From positions 32,001-96,000 of the forward strand of contig JACQQD010000012.1 in the NCBI GenBank assembly GCA_016207165.1: DNA of 64,000 bases, given 5' to 3'. The notes under the pieces were generated by a model. It was not told the DNA's origin, searched no databases, and saw only the letters and a list, made by a program, of their open reading frames with translations. The position numbers were made by a program, and so were the translations under genes. Below, one piece after another: positions 38,833 to 48,794 of the stretch. The stretch's first letter is position 1. Each line of letters begins with the position of its first letter. This DNA is from Candidatus Micrarchaeota archaeon. GTDB lineage: Archaea > Micrarchaeota > Micrarchaeia > Norongarragalinales > Norongarragalinaceae.

Positions 38833-39600
38833 ATGGTTCTGGAGTACATCTTGGCTGGCACCGTGGCTGTGGGTCTGGTGTCGTTGCTCGGCACGCTGGC
38901 GTTCAAAATAGGGGAAAAGCACTTGGAGCGGCTATTGTTTGTTTCCGTGAGTTTTGCCACCGGCGCGCTCTTGGGCGCCGCGTTTTTGGATCTGTTGCCG
39001 GAAGCCCTGGAGCAAGTTCCTGTCGCAAGCGGGCTGCTCTTGGTGCTGGGCGGCGTCTTGGCTTTTTTCACGTTCGAGAAGTTTATGTGGCACCACCACC
39101 ATGCCAGCCACCACCCGGAAAAAGGCAAGGCCAAAGCCGCCAAGGAAAAACCGTTGGGCTACCTGACGCTGGCTGGCAGCCTGACGCACAATTTTTTCGA
39201 CGGCGTGGCCATTGCCGCCGCATTCTTGGTGGACGTCCCGTTGGGCATCGCCACCACGTTGGCCATTGCCCTGCACGAAATCCCGCACGAGTTGGGCGAC
39301 GTGGGCCTGTTATTGTACAGCGGGTTCTCGCTTCAAAGAGCCACGTTGTTCAACCTGGCTACCGGGTTGACATCGGTGGCCGGCGGCGTGGCCTTCTTTT
39401 TGTTCGCTCCACACGTAAGCCAACTGGAAGCATACGCGCTGGCGTTCACGGGCGGCACGTTCATTTACATTGCCGCGGCGGACTTGGTTCCGGAACTGCA
39501 CAAGGAACACCACGGCCTTCGTTCCGTTGCGCAATTGGCCTTCATTCTGTTGGGCGTCGGCGTGATCTGGACAGTCGGCGTGCTGTTGGGGCACAGCTGA
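38833..39600 (+). CDS. ZIP-family metal transporter
   Basis: HHHHASHH loop, HNFFDG, HEIPHELGD. Confidence 0.92.
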   Translation: MVLEYILAGTVAVGLVSLLGTLAFKIGEKHLERLLFVSVSFATGALLGAAFLDLLPEALEQVPVASGLLLVLGGVLAFFTFEKFMWHHHHASHHPEKGKAKAAKEKPLGYLTLAGSLTHNFFDGVAIAAAFLVDVPLGIATTLAIALHEIPHELGDVGLLLYSGFSLQRATLFNLATGLTSVAGGVAFFLFAPHVSQLEAYALAFTGGTFIYIAAADLVPELHKEHHGLRSVAQLAFILLGVGVIWTVGVLLGHS

Positions 39601-39660
39601 AACCCGCCGGCAGAAGAACACCAAAACGCATTAGAACAACAAGATTCGCCAAGCAAGAAC

Positions 39661-40257
39661 ATGAAACCCTTGAACGACGAGTTGTTGTGGAAAGGCGCGC
39701 CTTTCCTGGTCTTCGCCGCCTTCCTGGCGTTCTACGCTCTGACGCAGCCGTCGATTTCCTCCACCCGCATCTTCAGCAAGGCGTTTGCCGCCTCGGCGGT
39801 GATCGTGTTGAGCGCCAGCATCGGAATGACGGGGGTTGCCAAGGTTTGGCCGAAACACCGAAAAGGACTGGAACACCGAAAAAGCTGGGGAGTGGTCGGA
39901 TTTGTTTTTGCTTTTTCGCACGCCGCATTGGCGTTTTCCGACCCGCTCCTGTTTTTGCCGGAACTGGCGTCGTCACGGCAGAACGTGCGCATCGGGTTGA
40001 TGGCGTTGGTGATTTTTGCGGCGTTGGCCGTGACTTCCACGCGCTTCGCGGAAAAGGCGCTGGGAAAAAACTGGAAGAGAATCCAGCGCGCCGGATACGT
40101 GGCCTTGGCGCTCGTGTTAGCGGATGTGTTGGTGCTTGGAGACGGCACATTCGTGAAAACGCCGATCGGATTGGTGCTGGCGTTTGCGGCGTTGGGCGGC
40201 CTGGTGCTGGGCGTGCGCGGCTGGTTCGAAAGGGACCGTGGTTTTCGCGAGCTTTAA
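39661..40257 (+). CDS. Ferric reductase-like (MsrQ-like) membrane protein
   Basis: HRKSWG...H, LAVTS...LGKNWKRIQR..Y. Confidence 0.72.
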   Translation: MKPLNDELLWKGAPFLVFAAFLAFYALTQPSISSTRIFSKAFAASAVIVLSASIGMTGVAKVWPKHRKGLEHRKSWGVVGFVFAFSHAALAFSDPLLFLPELASSRQNVRIGLMALVIFAALAVTSTRFAEKALGKNWKRIQRAGYVALALVLADVLVLGDGTFVKTPIGLVLAFAALGGLVLGVRGWFERDRGFREL

Positions 40258-40282
40258 ATGCCGGGAACGCATCCAGTGTATT

Positions 40283-40975
40283 ATGCCGCAAACCCAGTAC
40301 GTCGAGAAAACCAAGTGGTGGGGGGCTCTTGGAATCGCGATTGCCACGTTCTTGGCGTTGTACTTGTACTTTGACGCGGGCTTGGACCCCAAATTGTTGA
40401 ACAAGGTCTACGCGCTTCACGCCGCAACACTCTTGACCCTGACGTTTCTGATCGGTTCCCTCTCGCGTTTCTGGCCGAAAATATTCAACCGCTATAAGTC
40501 GTACCGGAAAGCCTTGGGCCTGTACGGTTTTCTGATGGCCGCCGGCCACGTGTACACCGTTCTGGTACCCTTGGGCAAAAGCCCCAGCGGCTACCAGGCG
40601 TTGGCGGGGTGGGCCGCGTTCGCCGTGTTTTTGGTCATGGCAATCACGTCGAATGCGAAGACCGCCAAGCGATTGGGGTACGGGTTGTGGAAACGCATCC
40701 AATTGGTTGGCTACGCCGCCTTGTTGCTGGTGGGCGTCCACTTTTTTCTCGTGGAAACAAGAACCGGTGTTTTGAACCTCAACAGCATGCAAATCGTGGT
40801 GCTGGCCTTGGTTTTGTTGGCCGTGGTTTTGCGCATCGCCGCGTTCATAGCCGGCCCGCGTCAAAAGTTCACTTCGTACTACGACCACTTCAACGGCGAG
40901 GACGGAGAAGCACCCAACGTCAAGCCCACCGCTGGAAAAACAGCGAAAAAGAAAACCAGAAAAAAGAAGCCCTAA
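40283..40975 (+). CDS. Ferric reductase-like (MsrQ-like) heme-binding membrane protein
   Basis: YRKALGLYGF....H, AITSN...LG..WKRIQL.GY......H. Confidence 0.78.
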   Translation: MPQTQYVEKTKWWGALGIAIATFLALYLYFDAGLDPKLLNKVYALHAATLLTLTFLIGSLSRFWPKIFNRYKSYRKALGLYGFLMAAGHVYTVLVPLGKSPSGYQALAGWAAFAVFLVMAITSNAKTAKRLGYGLWKRIQLVGYAALLLVGVHFFLVETRTGVLNLNSMQIVVLALVLLAVVLRIAAFIAGPRQKFTSYYDHFNGEDGEAPNVKPTAGKTAKKKTRKKKP

Positions 40976-41340
40976 CTATTCGCAGCGACTTTGGCGCCGT
41001 TGCGGTCAAAATACGCCTTGAGTTCCGCTTTTTGGGTCAAGCCCTCCAAGCGTTCGCCTTGGCCGTTGTCGGCGACGAACGTCGGCGTGCCCGTAATGCC
41101 GTACTGTTGCCACAACGCGGGCTGGGCGTTTAAATCCACGAGCTTGACGCGGTAGCCTTCCAACGCCAAGTCCTCCAAAATGGGTTTCTGCTGCTGGCAG
41201 AAGTGGCAGTCGTCGCGATAAAAGTACCACACCGGCGACTGGTCGGAGGCAAACTTGGACGCGCCGCCCGCCACACTCAAGGCGATGCCGGCCACGACGA
41301 TGACGGCGATGACGCCGAGCAAAATTATTTTTCCGTTCAT
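40972..41340 (-). CDS. Membrane-anchored thioredoxin-family protein
   Basis: N-terminal TM, CHFC, YGITGTPTF. Confidence 0.85.
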   Translation of the reverse strand: MNGKIILLGVIAVIVVAGIALSVAGGASKFASDQSPVWYFYRDDCHFCQQQKPILEDLALEGYRVKLVDLNAQPALWQQYGITGTPTFVADNGQGERLEGLTQKAELKAYFDRNGAKVAANS

Positions 41341-41380
41341 AAGGTTTTCTTTCCTCCAAGACATGCTTTAAGGATTTCGA

Positions 41381-42313
41381 TTAACTCAAAACGCCTTCCG
41401 GTGGAGGGCACGCACCGCCCGTGGCGCCGTTTTCCGGGGTTTTGCCGGCCAGCGCGTCTTGAAACGCGGCCACACTTTGGGGGCCCACCAGCGTCACGTT
41501 GCCAAAGAAAAACGTGGGCGTGCCGTAAATGCCTGCCGCTTTTCCGGCGGAAACGTCGGCATCCAGACGTTGCTGTACGCGTGGGGAATCCAGGCACGCG
41601 TTAAAGGCGGAAACGTCCAATCCCAATCCATCCGCCAAGGCCACCAGGTTCTCGCGGTCGTGGTTGGGTTGCGCGTCAAACAAGGCATCGTGCATGGGCC
41701 AGAACGCGTTTTGCTCGTCGGCGCAGAAAGCGGCTTTCGCCGCCCAGTCGCTGTTTTCATGCGAAGGAATGGGAAGCACGCGGAACTCAAGTCGGACTTC
41801 CGGATGTGAAGCCAAGAATTCCTTGAGCGCGGGCTGGGTTTTCTTGGTGTACGGACACGAAAAACATCCTACTTCAAGCAACGCCGCCGAGCCGTTGCCC
41901 AGAGTCGGCCCCACGCCGGGGGCGATGGGTTTGAGTTGCGACGCGTCGGCATTGGCGCCCAACACCGCGTCAAACACGCAGAACGCCGAAGAGTCGGGTC
42001 CGTTGCAGTTGCCAAACGCCACGTAGTTGTACACCGAAAACGCGGAATACGCCAAACTGGCGAAAAACAGGAGTGTGAAGGCCACGGAAAGCAGTTGAAA
42101 GTTTTTGTTCAAAACCCGCGCCAAACCCGGGGAGACTTTCAGGACGCCCACCACGACTTGACCTTTCAGGCGCGTGTCAAAGCCCGTCTGGCAGGGACGA
42201 AGCGTGGCGGTTCGCGCCACGCAGTCCAAGGCTTCCTTGGCCAAAACGCGGTACTTGGCCGAGAAAATCCCCAGAACCCCGAAAACGATGAGGGCGACAA
42301 AGCAGAGAACCAT
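41381..42313 (-). CDS. DsbA-family thioredoxin-fold protein with membrane N-domain
   Basis: AAKAAFCA.EQ..FW.MHD.LF, GIYGTPTFF. Confidence 0.83.
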   Translation of the reverse strand: MVLCFVALIVFGVLGIFSAKYRVLAKEALDCVARTATLRPCQTGFDTRLKGQVVVGVLKVSPGLARVLNKNFQLLSVAFTLLFFASLAYSAFSVYNYVAFGNCNGPDSSAFCVFDAVLGANADASQLKPIAPGVGPTLGNGSAALLEVGCFSCPYTKKTQPALKEFLASHPEVRLEFRVLPIPSHENSDWAAKAAFCADEQNAFWPMHDALFDAQPNHDRENLVALADGLGLDVSAFNACLDSPRVQQRLDADVSAGKAAGIYGTPTFFFGNVTLVGPQSVAAFQDALAGKTPENGATGGACPPPEGVLS

Positions 42314-42378
42314 TCAGTAAACCCTGGAACAACAAGAAATGGAGGAAACCGCCTTTTATCCGTAACGGCGTTACGGCG

Positions 42379-42475
42379 TTATAGCAAGACCGGCAAATTT
42401 CACGACGAATAGGCTGGTCTTGCTAGACAGCAAACCAAGACTATCGGCTTGGGAAACTTTCTTGGTTTGCTGTAA
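42379..42475. mobile_element. Double-hairpin MITE-like repeat
   Basis: TTATAGCAAGACCGGC...GGTCTTGCTAGACAGCAAACCAAGA...TCTTGGTTTGCTGTAA; matches 4008-4103 inverted. Confidence 0.75.
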
Positions 42476-42555
42476 CCCACGCCCAAACCGCGTTACCCAA
42501 ACAAGGCGAACGTTAAAAACCGTCCAGCGCCCTAAACGTATTCAGGTAAACATTC

Positions 42556-42996
42556 ATGCTGTTTTTGGCAAGCGACCACGCAGGCTTTGCCTTGAAAGAA
42601 CGCCTCACCGCCCATTTACGCAAAAAAGGCGTCGCCTTCAAGGACTTGGGCACCCACTCGGAGGATTCCGTCGACTACCCGGATTTTGCGTTTGCGTTGG
42701 GCCAACACGTCGCCAAGTCCCCGGAAAACCGGGGCATCGGAATATGCGGAACCGGCATAGGCATCTGCATGGCGGCCAACAAGATACCCGGCATCCGGGC
42801 CGCCATGGTGTACAGCCTGGAGACGGCCAAACTGGCGCGCCAACACAACGACGCCAACGTGGCCTGTTTCGGTGGCCGCACCCAAAAACCCGCGGACGTA
42901 GTCAAGTGGATGGACGCGTTTCTTTCCACGCCACCCGATTCCGCAAAACGCCACCACCGCCGCGCCGAAAAAGTCACGCGCGCCCAACCAAGGTAA
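42556..42996 (+). CDS. rpiB: Ribose-5-phosphate isomerase B
   Basis: SDHAG..LK, VDYPD, CGTGIG...AANK, HNDANV. Confidence 0.95.
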   Translation: MLFLASDHAGFALKERLTAHLRKKGVAFKDLGTHSEDSVDYPDFAFALGQHVAKSPENRGIGICGTGIGICMAANKIPGIRAAMVYSLETAKLARQHNDANVACFGGRTQKPADVVKWMDAFLSTPPDSAKRHHRRAEKVTRAQPR

Positions 42997-43646
42997 TGTT
43001 CATGAAGACCTGGATTTGCCCGTCCCTGTTGGGAACCGACGAAAAAAACACGTTGCCGTGGGTGGAAAAACTGGATGGAAAAGTCGACGCGTTCCACGTG
43101 GACGTCATGGACAACCAGTTCGTGCCCAATTACACGCTGGACCGCTTTGCGCCACCGTTCATTTCGCAACTTCGAACCGTTTCCGAAAAACACGTGCACC
43201 TCATGACGGAAATCCCGTCCAAGTACTACAACGCGTACTTTGAAGCCGGTGCCACGTTGTTGGTCTTCCACCACGAAGCCGTGAAAAACCCGATCATTGA
43301 AATCAACGCCGTCCACAACTTTGGCCTGAAAGCCGGCGTGGCGTTAAAGCCAAAGACGCCCACCGACGTTCTGGAAGACTACATCCACAACGTGGACTGC
43401 GTGCTGGTCATGACCGTCGAGCCCGGCTTTGGAGGCCAGGCCTTCATGCCGGACATGCTGGACAAAATCCGTGAACTTCGCGAGAAACACGCTTCCCTGG
43501 ACATCATGGTGGACGGCGGCATCAACCTGGAAACCGGCAAAACGTGTTTGGAGGCCGGAGCCAACATGCTGGTCGCCGGCAACGGCATTTTTAATTCGAA
43601 AAACGTCATGCATACTGTGGAACAATTCAACGCGTTAAAGGAGTGA
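42996..43646 (+). CDS. rpe: Ribulose-phosphate 3-epimerase
   Basis: [28 protein letters not shown]. Confidence 0.93.
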   Translation: MFMKTWICPSLLGTDEKNTLPWVEKLDGKVDAFHVDVMDNQFVPNYTLDRFAPPFISQLRTVSEKHVHLMTEIPSKYYNAYFEAGATLLVFHHEAVKNPIIEINAVHNFGLKAGVALKPKTPTDVLEDYIHNVDCVLVMTVEPGFGGQAFMPDMLDKIRELREKHASLDIMVDGGINLETGKTCLEAGANMLVAGNGIFNSKNVMHTVEQFNALKE

Positions 43647-43651
43647 TTTCC

Positions 43652-44296
43652 GTGAAATTCTTTTTGGACACCGCCATGGTTGACGAAATCAAGACGGCCA
43701 ACGATTGGGGCATCCTGGATGGCGTGACGACCAACCCGTCGCTCGTCTACAAGTCCGCCCGGCCGTTTAAAGAAGTGGTCAAGGAGATCGCATCGATTGT
43801 CAACGGGCCCGTGTCCGCTGAAGTGACGACGCTTACGGCGCCGGAAATGGTCAAGCAAGGATTGGAACTGTCGAAAATCGCGGACAACATCTTCGTCAAG
43901 CTGCCTACAACGACCGAGGGCGTGAAAGCCTGCAAGGCGTTGTCAGCCAAAAAAATCCCCATCAACGCCACCCTCATTTTTTCCGCCTCCCAGGCCTTGA
44001 TCATGGCGAAAGCCGGTGCATCGTTTGTTTCGCCGTTCATCGGGCGGTTGGACGACGTTTCCGAAGACGGCATGCAATTGATCCGCGACATCCGCCAAAT
44101 TTACGACAACTACGACATTCAAACCGAAATCCTTACCGCCTCGGTGCGCCACCCCATGCACGTGGTTGAAGCCGCCAAGATTGGGTCGGACATCGCCACC
44201 ATGCCGTTTAAAGTCATGGAACAACTCTTCCACCACCCCTTGACGGACATCGGCTTGGACAAGTTCATGGCGGATTTCAAAAAGAGCAAGGCGTGA
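43652..44296 (+). CDS. tal: Transaldolase / fructose-6-phosphate aldolase family
   Basis: [33 protein letters not shown]; GTG start inferred. Confidence 0.92.
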   Translation: MKFFLDTAMVDEIKTANDWGILDGVTTNPSLVYKSARPFKEVVKEIASIVNGPVSAEVTTLTAPEMVKQGLELSKIADNIFVKLPTTTEGVKACKALSAKKIPINATLIFSASQALIMAKAGASFVSPFIGRLDDVSEDGMQLIRDIRQIYDNYDIQTEILTASVRHPMHVVEAAKIGSDIATMPFKVMEQLFHHPLTDIGLDKFMADFKKSKA

Positions 44297-44302
44297 ATTG
44301 AA

Positions 44303-44881
44303 TTGGAAAGTGTTCCACTGCTTTCGCGAAAGGCGTTGGCGCACTGCGAAAAAACGGCGGAGGCATTGGGCAAACATTTGCAATCGGGCCAAACGGTTCA
44401 GCACACCAATTATCCCAACCCCGAACAAAGCGATTTTGATTCTCCCAACGTAGTGAACATGCATTTTCCTGAATCACAAAACCGGGAAGAATTCGGAGAA
44501 ATAAAGTCGGGCGTAAGAAAAGTCCTGGAACGACACGGCTTTGAATTCGTCTTGGACGAAAGGATGCCGTCAATCATGGACGCCATGATTCAAGCGCTTG
44601 GAATCAAAGACATCCAAGAAGCCGTGCAAGGCCGCCCCGGCGGAGAATTGTTCGCGCGGTTCATGTCGGGTCCAGAAGAGCGAAGGATCCTATTTCTGCA
44701 CCGGGAACACCCCGTTGGCGTCCAGATTGAAACGCACAAGGCGTTTTACGGGCCAAGCCCGATCCTGCGAATCACGTTCATCCATGGACAAAAAGTCCAA
44801 GAAGAACAAGGCACAACGTGGCAACCCATCAACTTCGTCCCGAAAGCCATCCGAAAACTGCGGCAAACTATTCTTGGCTGA
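44303..44881 (+). CDS. Hypothetical protein
   Basis: 192-aa ORF with no recognisable motif. Confidence 0.5.
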   Translation: MESVPLLSRKALAHCEKTAEALGKHLQSGQTVQHTNYPNPEQSDFDSPNVVNMHFPESQNREEFGEIKSGVRKVLERHGFEFVLDERMPSIMDAMIQALGIKDIQEAVQGRPGGELFARFMSGPEERRILFLHREHPVGVQIETHKAFYGPSPILRITFIHGQKVQEEQGTTWQPINFVPKAIRKLRQTILG

Positions 44882-44989
44882 AGAAAATCAAACAAACGGA
44901 TTGACGGCCAAAATTCCAGGAATCTTGGCGAAGTCATCCGCGTTTTCCGTGTAGATGGTGTCGACTCCGTTTTCCATCATGGCGGCGGC

Positions 44990-45217
44990 TTAACCTTTCT
45001 CGGAACTCCGAAGGGCAAGCTGTTTTTCAAAATTCCGTTTTATTCGCTCAGTACGCCGGGCCTCACGTTTTTCTTTCTCCAAGTAATCGATGTACCAAAG
45101 CATTATTTCGCTGGCGGTCTTGACCATGAACCCTTTGCTTCTGCCGTAGCGGCGTTTCGCCTCTTTTTCAAGAAGGCGACGGGTTCTGGAGTTCAGCTTT
45201 AAGTAGACTCGGGGCAT
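44990..45217 (-). CDS. Small basic protein, possibly RHH-type DNA-binding
   Basis: MPRVYLKL...LL...AKRRYG.KG...ASE. Confidence 0.5.
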   Translation of the reverse strand: MPRVYLKLNSRTRRLLEKEAKRRYGRSKGFMVKTASEIMLWYIDYLEKEKREARRTERIKRNFEKQLALRSSEKG

Positions 45218-45288
45218 GCAAAACCAAAAGCAAAACAAGTATTAATAATCGCGGTTCAATACGGCTAGCTCCAACTAGACTGAATGCC

Positions 45289-46143
45289 ATGGACAAGAAA
45301 AAAATCCACGAACTAAAGCTTAAGGCCAACACGCTGCGCCAAGACGTGATCACCACCTTGTTGGCGGCCGGAGCCGGCCACACCGGAGGCCCGTTGGGAA
45401 TGGCCGACGTGTTTTCCGCGTTGTATTTCCACTTTGTCAAGCACGACCCCAAGAAACCGCATTGGGACGGACGCGACCGGGTGGTTTTGTCCAATGGCCA
45501 CATCTGCGCCATCTTGTATTGCGCCTTGGCGGAATCCGGTTACTTGCCAAAAGAAGAACTCAAGACGTTTCGGAAAATCAATTCACGGCTTCAAGGCCAC
45601 CCCAACCGAAGCGACTTGCCGGGAGTGGAGACTTCGGCGGGAAGCTTGGGCCAAGGCATTTGTGTCGCAGTTGGAATGGCGTTGGCCGGGAAGCTGGACA
45701 AGAAGCCGCACACCGTGTACGCGCTCATGGGCGACGGGGAACTCAACGAAGGCGCGTGCTGGGAAGCATTCCTGAATGCGCACAAGTTCAAACTCGACAA
45801 TTTGCTGGTCATGGTGGACCGAAACGACATTCAAATCGACGGCTTTGGCCACGACGTATTGCCGTTGGACCCGTTGCCAGACAAGTTCAAAGCCTTCGGG
45901 TTTGACGTTTTTGAAGGAAACGGCAACGACATGGAGCAAGTGGTGAAAACAACGGAGAAGGCGCTGAAAACCAAGAACGGCAAACCCCGCGTCATTTTGT
46001 GGAGAACAACGATGGGAAAAGGCGTGGACTTCATGGAGAATTTGCCCAAATGGCACGGCATTCCGCCGACCCAAGAGCAAGCCGACGAAGCCCTCAAGCA
46101 ACTGCGAGCGCAACGAACAAAACTGGAGGCGGAAAAGCCGTGA
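45289..46143 (+). CDS. Transketolase, N-terminal subunit
   Basis: GHTGG, DRVVLSNGH, GSLGQG, GDGELNEG TPP motif, WHG. Confidence 0.94.
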   Translation: MDKKKIHELKLKANTLRQDVITTLLAAGAGHTGGPLGMADVFSALYFHFVKHDPKKPHWDGRDRVVLSNGHICAILYCALAESGYLPKEELKTFRKINSRLQGHPNRSDLPGVETSAGSLGQGICVAVGMALAGKLDKKPHTVYALMGDGELNEGACWEAFLNAHKFKLDNLLVMVDRNDIQIDGFGHDVLPLDPLPDKFKAFGFDVFEGNGNDMEQVVKTTEKALKTKNGKPRVILWRTTMGKGVDFMENLPKWHGIPPTQEQADEALKQLRAQRTKLEAEKP

Positions 46144-47123
46144 ACGCCTCCAAGACCCTGCACCCGGCGTTGTTTGACAAACCGGAAAAGAAAGCCACGC
46201 GCGACGCCTTCGGCGAAGCGCTTTTGGAGTTGGGGAAACAAAATCCAAACGTCGTGGCGCTCACCGCGGATTTGGGCGAGTCGGTGCGCACAGCGGCCTT
46301 TGAGAAAGCCTTTCCGGAACGGTTCTTCGAGGTCGGCATCTGCGAGCAATTCATGATGGCCGCCGCCGCGGGATTGGCGTTGGAAGGAAAGATTCCGTTT
46401 GCCACCACGTTTGCCAACTTCGGTTCCGGGCGCGTGTACGACCACGTGCGGCAAAGCGTGTGCTACAACCGCGCCAACGTCAAGATCGCCGTCACCCACG
46501 CCGGATTGACTCTGGGGGAGGACGGCGCCACGCACCAAATGTTGGAAGACTTGGGCATGATGCGAACGCTTCCGCACATGACGGTGGTCAACCCCTGCGA
46601 CTTTATCGAGACAAGGAAAGCCACGTTCGCAGTTGCAACTTGGAAAGGGCCATGCTATTTGCGCATGGGCCGAAGCGGCGTGCCCATGATCACTACCGAG
46701 CAAACGCCTTTTGAAATCGGGAAATCCAACGTGCTTCTGGAAGGCTCCGACGCGTCCATTGCCGCGTGCGGCGTGATGGTCTATCCCGCGTTGGTGGCCG
46801 CCAAGGAACTGGAGGAAAAACACAAGATATCCGTGGAGGTCGTCAACCACCACACCTTGAAGCCGTTTGACGCCAAACAATTGGTCAAATCCGCGAAAAA
46901 GTGCGGGGCACTGGTGACCGCGGAAGAACACCAGCGCACTTCAGGTTTGCGCGCCGCGTGCGCGGAAGTCTTGTCCGAAAGCCTTCCGACGCCCATCCAG
47001 TACGTGGCCGTGGAGGATTCGTTTGGCGAGTCCGGCAAGCCCGACCAGCTTTTAGAAAAGTACGGCTTGACTACCGCCAGCATCGTCAAAAAGGCGCTGG
47101 CCGCCGTGAAGATGAAAAAATAG
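46140..47123 (+). CDS. Transketolase, C-terminal subunit
   Basis: VGICEQ, GEDGATHQ, TAEEH, FGESG. Confidence 0.94.
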   Translation: MNASKTLHPALFDKPEKKATRDAFGEALLELGKQNPNVVALTADLGESVRTAAFEKAFPERFFEVGICEQFMMAAAAGLALEGKIPFATTFANFGSGRVYDHVRQSVCYNRANVKIAVTHAGLTLGEDGATHQMLEDLGMMRTLPHMTVVNPCDFIETRKATFAVATWKGPCYLRMGRSGVPMITTEQTPFEIGKSNVLLEGSDASIAACGVMVYPALVAAKELEEKHKISVEVVNHHTLKPFDAKQLVKSAKKCGALVTAEEHQRTSGLRAACAEVLSESLPTPIQYVAVEDSFGESGKPDQLLEKYGLTTASIVKKALAAVKMKK

Positions 47124-47169
47124 CTGCACCGGGCAACAAGCATATAACGGCGGAATACGACGTTTTTCC

Positions 47170-47766
47170 ATGCACTCGTGGGTCGCAAAAGCACGGGAAA
47201 ACCTATTTGGCCTAAGGATGCTGGGAGAAAAAGTTGACGCGGAAAGCCGGCGGGTAGCCCGAGAATTGACCTTGCAGTCCGGCCGACCGTTGGGCGAGGC
47301 GGTGCGTTGGTGGCTGCGTCTGCAAGGAGTACAGAAAATCGGGGAGCTGCCTTTCCACGGGCTCCCGAAAGAGATCAGGGAAATTGTTGAATCCGCCGTA
47401 TTCGAGCGCGTGAGACGGAACAAAATGGCGCTGGTCGGCGGAGCTGGAATCGCGGCGGGAAAGGCGTTGACCGCAATGGAGCCGACGGGGCCATATCTTG
47501 AACTGGGGGCATTAAGCGGCGCATTGGCGGCCGTGGAATCCCCGGAAGCGCACCGACGGTACCAGGCCCGCGTAAGGGAACTTGGCGATACACTGCGAAA
47601 GCATGAGCAGGAACTAGAACGGCATGGAATCGTGCTCGGCGATTACACGCATGTTGCCATCGGCGGGTATGGCGACGTGTACCTTCTGCGGGAAAACCCC
47701 AAAACTCCGGTGCAGCGCGCGTTTCGAAGCCAACCACTGCGCACGTACGTGGCACGGATTAAATAA
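47170..47766 (+). CDS. Hypothetical protein
   Basis: 198-aa Arg-rich ORF, no motif. Confidence 0.45.
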   Translation: MHSWVAKARENLFGLRMLGEKVDAESRRVARELTLQSGRPLGEAVRWWLRLQGVQKIGELPFHGLPKEIREIVESAVFERVRRNKMALVGGAGIAAGKALTAMEPTGPYLELGALSGALAAVESPEAHRRYQARVRELGDTLRKHEQELERHGIVLGDYTHVAIGGYGDVYLLRENPKTPVQRAFRSQPLRTYVARIK

Positions 47767-47789
47767 GCCTTGATTCTTCCAAAGCATGC

Positions 47790-48782
47790 ATGGAAAGAAA
47801 GACGGCGCTGTACATCGGTTCGTGCACCGTGGACGTGAACGCCACGTCCTGCTTCATCCAGCCGCGCATGCGGACGCACCACCGGCACACCGAAAAATTC
47901 GTGGAATTGTCTTTCGCGTCCAAGACTTCGTTGGACGACGTTTCCGTGACTACCGGGGGCTCGGCCGCCAATTCGGCGTACACCACGAAAGTATTGGGCT
48001 CCAACGTGGACCTGGTTTGCGCGGTGGGCGATGACTTGTTCGGAGACTTGGTGTTGGACGACTTCAAAAAGTCGTATATTCCGACGCGTCACATCCAGCG
48101 ATTCAAAGGAAAAAAGACGGCGGTGGGCATCAATTTGCTGTGCGAATCCGGTGAAAAAACCAATTTGGTGTTCAAGGGGGCGACGGACGCGTTGGAGGCG
48201 ACGGCCTTGCCGGAATCCAGCGTCAAGGCGGCGGACATCGTGGTGTGCACGTCGCTTTCAAGCCCCGCGAATTTTCGGCTGTTCGAAAAAGCCTTGCATT
48301 TCGCGCGGTGGCACCAAAAACCTTTCGTGTTCGCGCCGTCCATTACCATGCTGCGCGCCCGGAAAACGGACCTCGACTCCATGCACGGCCATTTCGACGT
48401 CGTGGTCATGAACCACGAGGAAGCAGGCTACTACACCGGTTCTAAAAAGCCATTGGAGGCGTTGCACGAATTGCCTGGAAAACTCAACGTCATGACGTGG
48501 GACGCCAACGGAACGTTCGTGGAATACGGCGGACTGCGACTGCACGTTCCCACCTTGAAAGTCGGCGTCAAGGACACGACGGGCGCGGGGGATTCGTTCA
48601 CCGGCGCGCTGGTGCATGGCTTGTTGTCGCATGGCAACATCGTGAAAGCCGTCCAGTTGGCAACCGCCGTGGCGTGCCTGAACATCACGCAAGTCGGCGC
48701 CAAAGTGCAGGGTTCCAAAGCCGATATCCACGCGTTTTTTGGAAAAAGCCTCTCCAAACTCAAACCCAAAAAAGTTCGGTAA
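47790..48782 (+). CDS. PfkB-family carbohydrate kinase
   Basis: GGSAAN, VGDD.FG, N..EA, DTTGAGDSF. Confidence 0.92.
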   Translation: MERKTALYIGSCTVDVNATSCFIQPRMRTHHRHTEKFVELSFASKTSLDDVSVTTGGSAANSAYTTKVLGSNVDLVCAVGDDLFGDLVLDDFKKSYIPTRHIQRFKGKKTAVGINLLCESGEKTNLVFKGATDALEATALPESSVKAADIVVCTSLSSPANFRLFEKALHFARWHQKPFVFAPSITMLRARKTDLDSMHGHFDVVVMNHEEAGYYTGSKKPLEALHELPGKLNVMTWDANGTFVEYGGLRLHVPTLKVGVKDTTGAGDSFTGALVHGLLSHGNIVKAVQLATAVACLNITQVGAKVQGSKADIHAFFGKSLSKLKPKKVR

Positions 48783-48794
48783 CCGGTTGTAAAC

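Noticed and set aside
39087-40400. 437-aa + strand ORF
   Set aside because: Out-of-frame overlap of ZIP and the MsrQ-like genes with low-complexity Arg/Gly composition.
42420-42995. Apparent long N-terminal extension of rpe
   Set aside because: It is an alternative frame over rpiB; rpe starts at the rpiB stop (TAATG).
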